DNA of 64,000 nucleotides, from contig OZ220491.1 in the NCBI GenBank assembly GCA_965116195.1, forward strand, positions 3,005,432 to 3,069,431. Reading direction: 5' to 3'. The notes under the pieces were generated by a model. It saw only the letters and a program-made list of their open reading frames with translations. It did not search any database and was not told where the DNA came from. Made by a program: the position numbers and the translations under genes. Source of the DNA: Acidimicrobiales bacterium. GTDB taxonomy: Bacteria; Actinomycetota; Acidimicrobiia; Acidimicrobiales; Aldehydirespiratoraceae. Below, piece by piece: positions 1 to 8,574 of this stretch. Numbering within the stretch: position 1 is the first letter of the stretch; the number at the start of each line of letters is the position of its first letter.

Positions 1-13
1 ACTAAGTCCAACA

Positions 14-275
14 GGCCCGACTAACCGGCCAGTACCGGATTTGATCGGGCCTGAAGCACTTTAGCCGTGTTGCAAGTGTTTCACGTGGCCCACAACGGGC
101 AAGGTTAACGTTGGCGGCGACCGCCTGAAGCACTGTTAGCCGTGTTGCAAGTGTTTCACGTGGCCCACAACGGGCAAGGTTAACGTTGGCGGCGACCGCC
201 TGAAGCACTGTTAGCCGTGTTGCAAGTGTTTCACGGCCGACTAACCGGCCAGTACCGGGTCTGATCGGGCCTGAC
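14..275. repeat. Composite repeat: 41-bp hairpin-capable element at both ends (14-54, 235-275) enclosing ~2.5 tandem copies of a 74/75-bp unit (51-236)
   Basis: Unit starts read at 51, 125 and 200 (ctgaagcact[g]ttagccgtgttgcaagtgtttcacg...). Flanking elements can pair as ggcccga/tcgggcc with an inner ccgg/ccgg stem. Lies just downstream of the selB stop. Confidence 0.85.
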
Positions 276-293
276 CCTGCTGACACGCACCGG

Positions 294-2024
294 TCAGTTC
301 AGAGCCTGTGTTTTGGGCAGTCGCGGGCCGGCAATCCGCAGGTCGCCGCGGCGGCGGGTAACGCCGGTGCTGTCGAGATGGGCCAAAAGAGCCAGCGCGT
401 ACTTACGGGTCGTGTTCCAAGAGTCTCTCACCGCTGCCACCGTCAAGCCCTCGGGCTGGTTCGTCAGCAACTGGGACACCACGAGCGCTGCCTGTGTGAC
501 TGCCGACGCGGCAAAGTGGATTCCGTTGCTTTCCATCAGTCGGCCTTGTTGCACGAGCAGCCGCAGTTCATCGCGGTCAACACCGTTCGGCGCAGGTGGC
601 ATGAACGGGGAGGCCTCCGCAGCGGCCAGGAAGGGATGGTTGGCCAACGGGTCCGTGTCCTCAGTCGAGCGGAGGCGTCCCCTGAGTACCTTGATCCCGT
701 CCATCGTGGCGGCCACGGCCTTCTCAAAATCGTCGAGACCGGCAATGTCAAGTCCGAGTGGGCCTGCCTGGGCCAATGCGCTGGTGATCTGTGCGCGGGT
801 TCGGTCAAGGCAAGCGGGGGCCACAGCCCAGGTTCCAACCTCAGGTGGCCGATCTGCACCGGTGAGCCGGGCCAGATGAGCAACGTCGATACGGCCCCGC
901 TCGGCAACCAGCCGCTCTATGGAGCGATCTGGTCGAGCCCGTGATGCAGGCAGCACCGGGTCCACGTCAAGCACCTCACCCCCACCGACCGTCTCCATGC
1001 GACCCGACTCCCGCAATATGAAACGGTCACCGCGTGTCAGCGGCAGATGTCGTGAAAGGTGGAGCCGCACCATTCCGGTTTGCCCGGGCTCTATCGAGTC
1101 CCCACACAGCACCCGCAGCTTCACAGGATGCTCACCAGAGCCGATGTAGGCCACATAGGCACCCCGGCGTGTCACCTTGTGCTCCAGAGATGCGAGCACA
1201 ACAAGTTCCGCATCGAACCTGGCGGTGGCATGCCACTGATCTGGATGCACCACCACATCTCCCCGGTTTGTCTCTCGGTGACCCGCGCCGCTCATGTTGA
1301 TGGCCACGCGGTTGCCCGGCCCGATCTCGGTGTGCTGCTGATGCAGGCTCTGCAATGCCCGCACTCGCACCGTGCGCCCGAGCGGCAGCAGGGTGGGCGT
1401 GTCACCTACCCGCAACCGCCCGCCGGTCAGCGTGCCGGTCACCACTGTGCCCGAACCCTTGATGGCGAAAACCCTGTCAACCCACAAGCGAGGCCGGCCC
1501 CGGTCTGCGGCAGTGGGGGTGACGGCGAGCAGTTCATCAAGGGCCGTTTTCAGATCTGACATACCGGCACCGGTCAACGCGTCAACTGCCAGCACCGGCG
1601 CATCTGACAGGAACGTGCCGACCGTGTGATCGGCTATGTCCATGCGAGCCAACTCAACCAGTTCTTCGTCGGCTGTGGCGATCTTGGTGAGCGCCACCAG
1701 ACCGTGTCTCAGACCCAGGTGGGACAAGATGCGCAAATGCTCTTCGGACTGGGGCTTCCAGCCTTCGGTGGAGTCCACCACGAACACACAGGCATCCACG
1801 CAACTGACGCCGGCAAGCATGTTCTTGAGAAATCGCACATGGCCGGGAACATCTATGAATGCAATCCGGCGTTTCGACGGCAGCGACATCGATGCGAACC
1901 CGAGGTCAATGGTGAGGCCACGTTCTTTCTCTTCGGCAAGCCGGTCGGGGTCAACTCCGGTGAGCGTCCGCACGAGGGTGCTCTTGCCGTGATCAACGTG
2001 CCCAGCGGTGGTGACTATGTGCAT
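294..2024 (-). CDS. selB: Selenocysteine-specific translation elongation factor SelB
   Basis: 576-aa ORF. GTPase motifs AGHVDHGKST and DVPGH, followed by a long C-terminal extension typical of SelB. Same strand as and downstream of selA. Confidence 0.9.
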   Translation of the reverse strand: MHIVTTAGHVDHGKSTLVRTLTGVDPDRLAEEKERGLTIDLGFASMSLPSKRRIAFIDVPGHVRFLKNMLAGVSCVDACVFVVDSTEGWKPQSEEHLRILSHLGLRHGLVALTKIATADEELVELARMDIADHTVGTFLSDAPVLAVDALTGAGMSDLKTALDELLAVTPTAADRGRPRLWVDRVFAIKGSGTVVTGTLTGGRLRVGDTPTLLPLGRTVRVRALQSLHQQHTEIGPGNRVAINMSGAGHRETNRGDVVVHPDQWHATARFDAELVVLASLEHKVTRRGAYVAYIGSGEHPVKLRVLCGDSIEPGQTGMVRLHLSRHLPLTRGDRFILRESGRMETVGGGEVLDVDPVLPASRARPDRSIERLVAERGRIDVAHLARLTGADRPPEVGTWAVAPACLDRTRAQITSALAQAGPLGLDIAGLDDFEKAVAATMDGIKVLRGRLRSTEDTDPLANHPFLAAAEASPFMPPAPNGVDRDELRLLVQQGRLMESNGIHFAASAVTQAALVVSQLLTNQPEGLTVAAVRDSWNTTRKYALALLAHLDSTGVTRRRGDLRIAGPRLPKTQALN

Positions 2025-2046
2025 GCCGACAGATCAGACGGTGGAG

Positions 2047-2306
2047 CACCCGTGGGTGTGTGCTAAAGCGGCAAAAGGCAGTATCGGTCGGTCACGACAG
2101 GAGCGCCTGTGGGTGTGTGCTGCATCAGTCGAGAGCTTCGGCGAACTCCCGCAGCGACCCGAGTACCACCCGTGGGTGTGTGCTGCATCAGCAAGAGGCA
2201 GTGCCGACCGGCCACGACGGGAGCACCCGTCGGTGTGCCGCATCAGTCGAGAGCTTCGGCGAACTCCCGCAGCGACCCGAGGGGCACTCTTTGGTGTGTG
2301 TTGCAT
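2047..2306. repeat. Intergenic selA-selB array: ~25-nt core (cacccgtgggtgtgtgctgcatcag) x5 at 57-63-bp spacing, alternating with two repeated fillers (about 2 copies of a ~120-bp unit)
   Basis: Cores read near 2047, 2103, 2168, 2225 and 2283. Filler tcgagagcttcggcgaactcccgcagcgacccgag occurs twice. The last core contains the selA stop codon (tca at 2306-2308). Confidence 0.85.
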
Positions 2307-3574
2307 CAGGGCGACCCGGCTACTTCGTGCAGGGCGGCGGCAACTTCGTTGTCATCGTCGGGGTGGATCGTACGCAGGTCCACCACAGTGCTGCCCTCCA
2401 CCGGGCGGGCGATGATCGGACGATCCCGCAGCCGGAGTTGCGCTGTGTGTTGGCCGGGAACTGTCACGCCAACTGACTTGATTTTCACACCGGGCAGGGT
2501 GCCGCCTCCGGGGGTGGAGGATGTGTCAACAGCCTCAAGTCCACCGTAGGACTCGAGGCGCTTACTCATCTGCGCGGGTGTCAGCGCAGCCATACGCCAG
2601 AACTCGATTGAGGCACCGTCGCCGCGCAGATACGTCAATGCGGTCTGCTGCAGCGCTCCGAGCACCAGCGATCCGGGCCGCAGAGCGCGAGCCAGCCGAT
2701 GGCGGCGGCATTTCTCCACCAGGTCTGAGCGTCCGGCGATTATTCCTGCCTGCGGGCCTCCGAGGAGTTTGTCGGCGGAGAACGTCACCAGTTCGGCACC
2801 GGCTTCGAGGGTCTGGCGCGCCGCAGGCTCGCCGTCAAGCCAGGGTGGGGGGCCACCGACAAGCCAGGGGCAGCGGCTGTCGAGTAACCCCGAGCCGATG
2901 TCGGCGATCAGCGGCGGGCCGATGCTGGCAAGTTGGCGCGTGTTGGGTGCCTCGGTGTAGCCGATGACCTTGAAGTTCGACTGGTGAACCTGCACCACAA
3001 CGGCCACGTCGTTGGTCGGGTCAGCGACCGCGGCGACGAAGTCATCGCGACGAGTGCGGTTGGTGGTACCGACCTCCACCAGTCGCGCCCCGGACCATGC
3101 CATCACGTCCGGCATGCGGAAGCCGCCACCGATCTCCACCAGTTCCCCCCGCGACACCACCGCGTCGCGCCCTTCGGACAGCGCAGCCAGCACCAACATC
3201 ATTGCTGCTGCGCCGTTGTTCACGGCGATGGCTGCCTCCGCGCCACATGCACGGGCCAGCAGCGCAGGAGCACCTGCGTGTCGGTCGCCGCGTTGTCCGT
3301 CGCCAAGGTTCAGTTCCAGATTGTGATATCCGGCCGGTTGGCTCCAAGCCAGCGGCGCTCGACCCAGATTGGTGTGAAGCAGTACTCCAGTGCCGTTGAT
3401 CACCTGTGTCAGCAGGCGTCGCCTGATGTTGTGAGCTATTGCTGGTGCCGAGTCCGGATCACCGGCAGCAACAGCGGATCGGGCGGCATCCACGAGTAAT
3501 GGGTGTGGCAGGCCGGTGTTCGCCAGCGAGCGGGCCAGCCGGTCCACCGAAGGTGGTCGATCCTGTGACGACAC
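2306..3574 (-). CDS. selA: L-seryl-tRNA(Sec) selenium transferase SelA
   Basis: 422-aa ORF with the FSADKLLGGPQAG motif (PLP-lysine region characteristic of SelA). Adjacent to selB. Confidence 0.9.
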   Translation of the reverse strand: MSSQDRPPSVDRLARSLANTGLPHPLLVDAARSAVAAGDPDSAPAIAHNIRRRLLTQVINGTGVLLHTNLGRAPLAWSQPAGYHNLELNLGDGQRGDRHAGAPALLARACGAEAAIAVNNGAAAMMLVLAALSEGRDAVVSRGELVEIGGGFRMPDVMAWSGARLVEVGTTNRTRRDDFVAAVADPTNDVAVVVQVHQSNFKVIGYTEAPNTRQLASIGPPLIADIGSGLLDSRCPWLVGGPPPWLDGEPAARQTLEAGAELVTFSADKLLGGPQAGIIAGRSDLVEKCRRHRLARALRPGSLVLGALQQTALTYLRGDGASIEFWRMAALTPAQMSKRLESYGGLEAVDTSSTPGGGTLPGVKIKSVGVTVPGQHTAQLRLRDRPIIARPVEGSTVVDLRTIHPDDDNEVAAALHEVAGSP

Positions 3575-3694
3575 AACACTGCCCAGACTACGGGCAGCCC
3601 CAACTCATGAACCTGCACAGCGGCACCGAAATCGCCCGATCGCGGACAGTTCGCCATACTTGTCGCCCAAGCGAATTGCCACGCTTGTCCGATA

Positions 3695-4168
3695 GTGAGG
3701 CCGACTGTCGTGTGGCTTTGCTCGGCTCTGTGGGCGTCACGAAGTCCGCGAGCGACCTACGCTGGGGTTGTGTTCTGGGTGCTGCTCATAGCGCTGTTGT
3801 GTGTTCCGCTGTTGGAACTGTACGTCATCATCCAGGTCGCCGATGGTGTCGGTGCGGGCCGGACGATCTTGTTGTTGATAGTGGTGTCGGTTGTGGGGGC
3901 GTGGATGGTACGCCGCTCCGGGATCGGTGTGCTGACCCAGATCCGCAACCGACTGTCGCGCGGTGAGCTCCCGGCGGGCGAGTTGGTTGACGGACTGCTG
4001 ATCTTGATCGCTGGAACGCTGATGCTCACTCCCGGGTTCCTTACCGATGGAGTGGGTCTGCTTTTGTTGTTCCCGCCCACGCGCCTCGCAGTGCGAGCCC
4101 TGCTGCTGCGCTATTTCACCAACAAAGTCATAATCCAGGGGTGGACAGAGGAGGGTGGATTCAAGTAG
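3695..4168 (+). CDS. fxsA: FxsA family membrane protein (start uncertain)
   Basis: 157-aa ORF with hydrophobic helices and LLELYVIIQVA...GAWMVRR...LMLTPGFLTD stretches, as in FxsA. Confidence 0.7.
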   Translation: MRPTVVWLCSALWASRSPRATYAGVVFWVLLIALLCVPLLELYVIIQVADGVGAGRTILLLIVVSVVGAWMVRRSGIGVLTQIRNRLSRGELPAGELVDGLLILIAGTLMLTPGFLTDGVGLLLLFPPTRLAVRALLLRYFTNKVIIQGWTEEGGFK

Positions 4169-4266
4169 TCAGTGCCTCCGCAGCGTGCTGCTACAGCATC
4201 GGTTCGTGTGAGTCCACTGCTGCGTCTACATAGCTCCGAAACGCTGCCGGAACAGAGCGTCAGTAG

Positions 4267-5229
4267 TTAGCATATGCCCACTACATCATCTAGACTCACA
4301 GATTTAACGCGCAGCGTTCGCTCGTCAATTCTTCGCAGCCTGATTATTTCCTCCACCGCCTCATCTCTGCTCATTTGCATGATTCTTGCACGCTCAACGT
4401 TGAAATGATCCAGAGCATGCCTCCGCGCAATCGTAATACTGTGATCTGCAGCCTTTATCTCTCTGTCCCATATCCCCCTTACTGAGTCGTCCGCCTCCAA
4501 CATGGTACGATTAATTTCACGCCAATACGCTCCGGCATCCTTACTGACCGCTCGGCCAGATGAATTCAAGGTGTCAATAGTCAAGAATATCTGATGCAAC
4601 ACATTAGACGCAACTATGTTGCCGAGATTTTCTGATAACTGGAGGAGAACAGCGATATGAGAGTACGAAAAGAGACAAACGTTGCTGCGGACTGCCTGAT
4701 AATATATCTGGCTTGATCTTGATGGATATTGGTACAATGGGCATACAAGCATCGCATAATCTGTGTCGCCTTTCCAACGGTTCATAGCCTCAATCTTGAA
4801 GTCCTTCTGATTTCTGGCTGTTCTGCTTAGCCTGAATGACTTGGCGTCAGCGGCGAAACTGAACTTATCGGATCTGGCGGTCACATCTGCCGAATCTCCT
4901 CTAGATTGCAGAGCAGAACTTTCTAAACCCAACTGGCGAAAGCTAACTTCAAGCAGTAGGTCTGTGTATTTTGAGTACATTTTTTCCTCAGATGAATCGT
5001 ATGGAAGAGATTCTGGGATCGCTGAACATAGTCTCAGATGATCCAACAATACTGGAATAGCAAAGTTCCTTATCTCTTCGTCCAGTTCTCTGTGAATATG
5101 TTGAGAGCCGCGCCCGAATTCAGAGCTCAACGAGACAATCCTATCAATCCATTGGTGTCTCCGCTCGATAGCGCTGTTGGTGATCAAATCCAGAGATTTA
5201 GTTATGATTGATAATGTTCTCAGGCCCAA
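4267..5229 (-). CDS. HindIII-family type II restriction endonuclease
   Basis: 320 aa in AT-rich DNA. The stretch EKMYSKYTDLLLEVSFRQLGLESSALQSRGDSADV...ADAKSFRLSRTARNQKDFKIEAMNRWKGDTDYAMLVCPLYQYP...LFSYSHIAVLLQL closely parallels my recollection of R.HindIII (ADAKSFRLSRTAKNQKDFKVKAL...). Overlaps the methylase gene by 32 nt. Confidence 0.8.
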   Translation of the reverse strand: MGLRTLSIITKSLDLITNSAIERRHQWIDRIVSLSSEFGRGSQHIHRELDEEIRNFAIPVLLDHLRLCSAIPESLPYDSSEEKMYSKYTDLLLEVSFRQLGLESSALQSRGDSADVTARSDKFSFAADAKSFRLSRTARNQKDFKIEAMNRWKGDTDYAMLVCPLYQYPSRSSQIYYQAVRSNVCLFSYSHIAVLLQLSENLGNIVASNVLHQIFLTIDTLNSSGRAVSKDAGAYWREINRTMLEADDSVRGIWDREIKAADHSITIARRHALDHFNVERARIMQMSRDEAVEEIIRLRRIDERTLRVKSVSLDDVVGIC

Positions 5230-6112
5230 GCCGAGACTTGCATATTTCTACATAGTTGGGATCTAACTCGAACCCCAGATAACGCCTTTTTAGCAACATG
5301 GCGGCTACAAGTGTGGTACCGCTTCCAGCGAAAGGATCAAGGACCAGTTGTCCAGTTCGGCTTGTGAGTTCAATCAAGATTTGCATCAATTTCAGCGGCT
5401 TTTGGGTGGGATGCAAACCTCCTTCCCCATTTGTCATACCACATTTGATTACATTATTTGGTTCGCCCAAATAATGCATGTAGCTCTCCTGATCGTAGGC
5501 ACCCACACCATATCGCAGTACATTGTCGGCTATGGTACCACCGATTCTGTAAGGCTTAAAGAACCAGAGTATAGGCTCGTACAATGGCCTAAGGTTCCCG
5601 ACTCGCCAACCCTTCCATTCTGAAGATGCCTCTTCGTCACCTCTACGGGAGTATACTACACTCAATCTCTGCGCTCTATGCGGTGCGTTGGGGCGGAGCC
5701 AGGCTAAGCTGTCTTTGAAGTTGAATCCTGCATCTTCTAGTGCACATGTACACCTATGAGAATACCTCCTGCCTCCAAATATAAGAGCATTTCCTCCTGG
5801 TTTCAACACGCGCAGCCACTCAGATGCCCAAGTTGAGCACCATTTCTGGTATTGACGCGGTATTTCCTTATCCGCCTGACACCAACCGTTTATGGGCTTG
5901 CGCCTTTTTTCAAAAACGGATCCAGCCATCTTTTGCGCAGAACTCGAACCCAAATAAGCAGAGTTGTTGTTGCGGTGTAACACGTCCCAATCATCAGCAC
6001 CAATTCCGTATGGTATATCGCTAAGGATGAGATGTACTGTTTCATCATTTACGCTCTCTAAAAGGGCTAACGAGTCTCCTTGGTATATGCTGTTGTCCTT
6101 TAGAGTATTCAT
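5198..6112 (-). CDS. DNA methyltransferase (beta-class, N6-A/N4-C type), cognate of the HindIII-like nuclease
   Basis: 304 aa. A DPPY-like motif (LILSDIPYG) precedes the AdoMet motif (VLDPFAGSGTT), which is the beta-class order. AT-rich like its neighbour. Confidence 0.85.
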   Translation of the reverse strand: MNTLKDNSIYQGDSLALLESVNDETVHLILSDIPYGIGADDWDVLHRNNNSAYLGSSSAQKMAGSVFEKRRKPINGWCQADKEIPRQYQKWCSTWASEWLRVLKPGGNALIFGGRRYSHRCTCALEDAGFNFKDSLAWLRPNAPHRAQRLSVVYSRRGDEEASSEWKGWRVGNLRPLYEPILWFFKPYRIGGTIADNVLRYGVGAYDQESYMHYLGEPNNVIKCGMTNGEGGLHPTQKPLKLMQILIELTSRTGQLVLDPFAGSGTTLVAAMLLKRRYLGFELDPNYVEICKSRLGPENIINHN

Positions 6113-6282
6113 TTATTAATTTTCTCGCTCGTGAGTTCATTCAGGATTGGAGCAATGGAAATAATGCTCACGTACTGGTCTACCGAGTGTCGGCTGCAAC
6201 CAATATTTGTCACACGTGCGTGATCCATAGAGTAGTTAAGTTGGGGTTTGGCTACGATGATAGAGTCTGTTATGATGCCCAT
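6109..6282 (-). CDS. 57-aa leader ORF translationally coupled to the methylase (function unknown)
   Basis: ATG at 6282 is preceded by AAGGAGAG. Its TGA overlaps the methylase ATG (ATGA at 6109-6112). I recognise no HTH. Confidence 0.35.
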   Translation of the reverse strand: MGIITDSIIVAKPQLNYSMDHARVTNIGCSRHSVDQYVSIISIAPILNELTSEKINK

Positions 6283-6584
6283 GTTGCTCTCCTTTGCAAT
6301 TGTCGAGGGGCCGATGTTGAGATAGACCGCCATATTATACCAGGCGCGTGGTAGAAGGCACCAAAACGGTGACAGAGAATGCTGGCGGTTAGACACTCTG
6401 GTCTTCCGTGCCCGCGGTGGCATGACACGTTTCGTGTTTCCGTAGCTCAGCGCCTGGCAACAACACATCTTGACAGGTAGGAAGGCAGGAAAGTCAGGGC
6501 TTTGTTGTTGGCGGAGAGCTTTCGCGGTGATCCGGTCATCGTGACGTGACCACCCGGCACGTGACCACCCGGCGCACGGCGCGC

Positions 6585-7757
6585 TCAGGTTCCGTTCGTC
6601 TCCAGCGCGTCCAGGGCGGCTACGGCGGCGTCCAACATTCGTGCGCTGCAACCGGCCATTTCCACGGGCGGAACGTGTTCCTCGGACAAGGCACGAGCCA
6701 CGGATTTGAAGGCTTCGGCTGCCGGGCCGTCACCCAGCACCGCCGGCTCGCCGATGTCAGAGCCTTCAGCCACAGCCGGCTCAAGCGGTATCCGCCCCAG
6801 TAACGGCGTCCCGATCTCAGCAGCCAGAACCTCCCCGCCACCCGATCCGAACACGACCTGCTGATGGCCCTCGGGGGTGACCAGGTAGCTCATGTTCTCG
6901 ATCACGCCCACGATGCGCAGGTAGTTCTTGCGTCCCATGTCAGCCACCCGTGCGGCCACTTTTTGAGCCGCAACCGTTGGCGTGGTCACGATGATCATCT
7001 CGGCACGGGGCAGCATTTTGGCCAGACCCATCTGCACATCACCCGTTCCTGGTGGCATGTCAATCAGCAGGTAGTCGAGGTCGTCGTTCCAGGCCACGTC
7101 CTCACAGAAATGCTGCACTGCTCGGTTGAGCATGAGGCCCCGCCACATCAGCGCCGAGTCTTCCCGGTCAACAAGGAACCCCATCGACACCACATCCATG
7201 CGGCCTTGGCCGATCCTGCGAGTCAACGGCACGATCTTGCCCTCGACAGAGTGGAGGTCACCGTCCACGCCCAGCATTCGTGGTACCGAGTAGCCCCAGA
7301 TGTCGGCGTCCATCACCCCGACTTTGTGTCCTTGTGCGGCCAGCGCTGCCGCCAGATTGGTGGTGACCGTTGACTTGCCCACGCCACCCTTGCCACTGGC
7401 CACCATCAGCACCTTGGTGGTTGGCGGTATCGCCGTGTCGGGGGCGCTGCGGGCCACGTTCCAGCGGGCTTTGGCCATTGCTGCGGCCTTCTCCTCTGCT
7501 GTGAGTTCGCTCCACACGATGCGCACCTTGCTGACACCGGGCATTGACTCCAGACGGGCCTTGACGTCGCGCTGTATCTGGGCTCGCAGCGGGCAGCCGG
7601 ATGTGGTGAGTGCGATCTCGATTCGCACTGACCCGTCGTCGTGTACCTGCGCACCCCGAGCCATGCCCAACTCCACCAGGTTGCTGCCCAACTCGGGATC
7701 AACCACGCCCCGCATCAGTTCCATCACGGCCTCGGCCGACGGCACGGTCGTGGTCAT
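6585..7757 (-). CDS. mrp: Mrp/ApbC/NBP35-family Fe-S cluster carrier ATPase
   Basis: 390 aa. N-terminal DUF59-like segment (VVDPELGSNLVELGM), deviant Walker A ASGKGGVGKST, and DMPPGTGD. Confidence 0.9.
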   Translation of the reverse strand: MTTTVPSAEAVMELMRGVVDPELGSNLVELGMARGAQVHDDGSVRIEIALTTSGCPLRAQIQRDVKARLESMPGVSKVRIVWSELTAEEKAAAMAKARWNVARSAPDTAIPPTTKVLMVASGKGGVGKSTVTTNLAAALAAQGHKVGVMDADIWGYSVPRMLGVDGDLHSVEGKIVPLTRRIGQGRMDVVSMGFLVDREDSALMWRGLMLNRAVQHFCEDVAWNDDLDYLLIDMPPGTGDVQMGLAKMLPRAEMIIVTTPTVAAQKVAARVADMGRKNYLRIVGVIENMSYLVTPEGHQQVVFGSGGGEVLAAEIGTPLLGRIPLEPAVAEGSDIGEPAVLGDGPAAEAFKSVARALSEEHVPPVEMAGCSARMLDAAVAALDALETNGT

Positions 7758-7789
7758 GAGTTGATGCTAACGGACAGCCACGCCCGACA

Positions 7790-7879
7790 GTTCACCCTCT
7801 GCGCTCGCGGCTCACTCCTGGACAAGGCCTTCCGGTTGGCCCGCACCCGCGTTCACCCTCTGCGCTCGCGGCTCGCTCC
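7790..7879. repeat. Direct repeat gttcaccctctgcgctcgcggctc x2 (61-bp spacing), followed by degenerate GT-rich repeats to ~8090
   Basis: Copies read at 7790 and 7851, upstream of mrp. Confidence 0.8.
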
Positions 7880-8194
7880 GTGCGTGGTTGTGCTCGGTTG
7901 TGCGTGGTCGTGGCTCGGTTCGTTGAGGGTTGTCCCGGTTGCGGTTCGGTTCGTGTGCGATTGTGCTGGGTTGCCGACTCTGGTTCGTTCGTTCGTTCGC
8001 TGGGTTGCGCTCGGTTGTGGCTCGCTTGGCGTGAGGTTGTATCCGGTTGTGGCTTGATTCGTGCCGGATGGCTTGTGCATGGACCTTGCCGGATCAGGCC
8101 ATGAGTCGGTACTTGCCAATTGCGCGTAGCTTTATGAGTTGTCGGACGCTAGCTTGGTGGCATCCAGTTACAGCACTAGACCCCGGAGGCTGTC

Positions 8195-8515
8195 GTGATC
8201 ACACTTACCGAGAACGCATCCAGCAAGGTGTCGGACCTGATCAAAGCCGAGAACGAGAACGGTTTGGCACTGCGAGTTGCCGTCCGGCCCGGCGGCTGTT
8301 CGGGTTTCTCCTACGAGATGTACTTCGACACTGAAGTGTCCGACGGCGACACCAAGGCCACGTTCGGCGATGTGCAGGTGGTGGTTGACGCCTCATCGGC
8401 CATGCTGCTTGAGGGGGCCACGCTTGATTACTCCGACAGCTTGCAGTCCGCCGGTTTTTCCATTGACAATCCCAACGCGCAGCGCACCTGCGGCTGCGGT
8501 CAGAGTTTCAGTTAG
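8195..8515 (+). CDS. erpA: HesB/IscA/ErpA-family iron-sulfur cluster insertion protein
   Basis: 106 aa. GGCSGFSY and C-terminal CGCGQSF cysteine motifs. GGAGG lies upstream of the GTG start. Confidence 0.9.
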   Translation: MITLTENASSKVSDLIKAENENGLALRVAVRPGGCSGFSYEMYFDTEVSDGDTKATFGDVQVVVDASSAMLLEGATLDYSDSLQSAGFSIDNPNAQRTCGCGQSFS

Positions 8516-8574
8516 CTCCCTGTAGATCCCGTACCCCCATAGCTGACCATCACTCGCCGCCGCCCGCGCTGTCC

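Noticed and set aside
2047-2306. CRISPR-like reading of the selA-selB intergenic array (25-nt core, ~60-bp period)
   Set aside because: The intervening segments are themselves repeated (two filler types, each occurring twice), so this is a ~120-bp tandem duplication. The last core overlaps the selA stop.
3575-3694. Search for selC (tRNA-Sec) next to selA. Also checked 1-293, 2025-2305 and 4169-4266.
   Set aside because: I found no GGTTCGA-type T-loop, no U-UCA-A anticodon loop and no long variable arm on either strand. selC is presumably outside the window.
6443-6470. tRNA-like D-arm string GTAGCTCAGCGCCTGG at the right edge of the R-M island (possible tRNA attachment-site remnant)
   Set aside because: No complementary D-stem closure, anticodon arm, T-arm or acceptor pairing could be found around it. 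A single 9-10-nt match is not enough.
6109-6651. The 180-aa ORF upstream of the methylase as one gene
   Set aside because: It crosses the GC boundary, overlaps the mrp 3' end and reads as non-protein-like in its first two thirds. Only the last 57 codons, which have their own strong RBS, were kept, and at low confidence.
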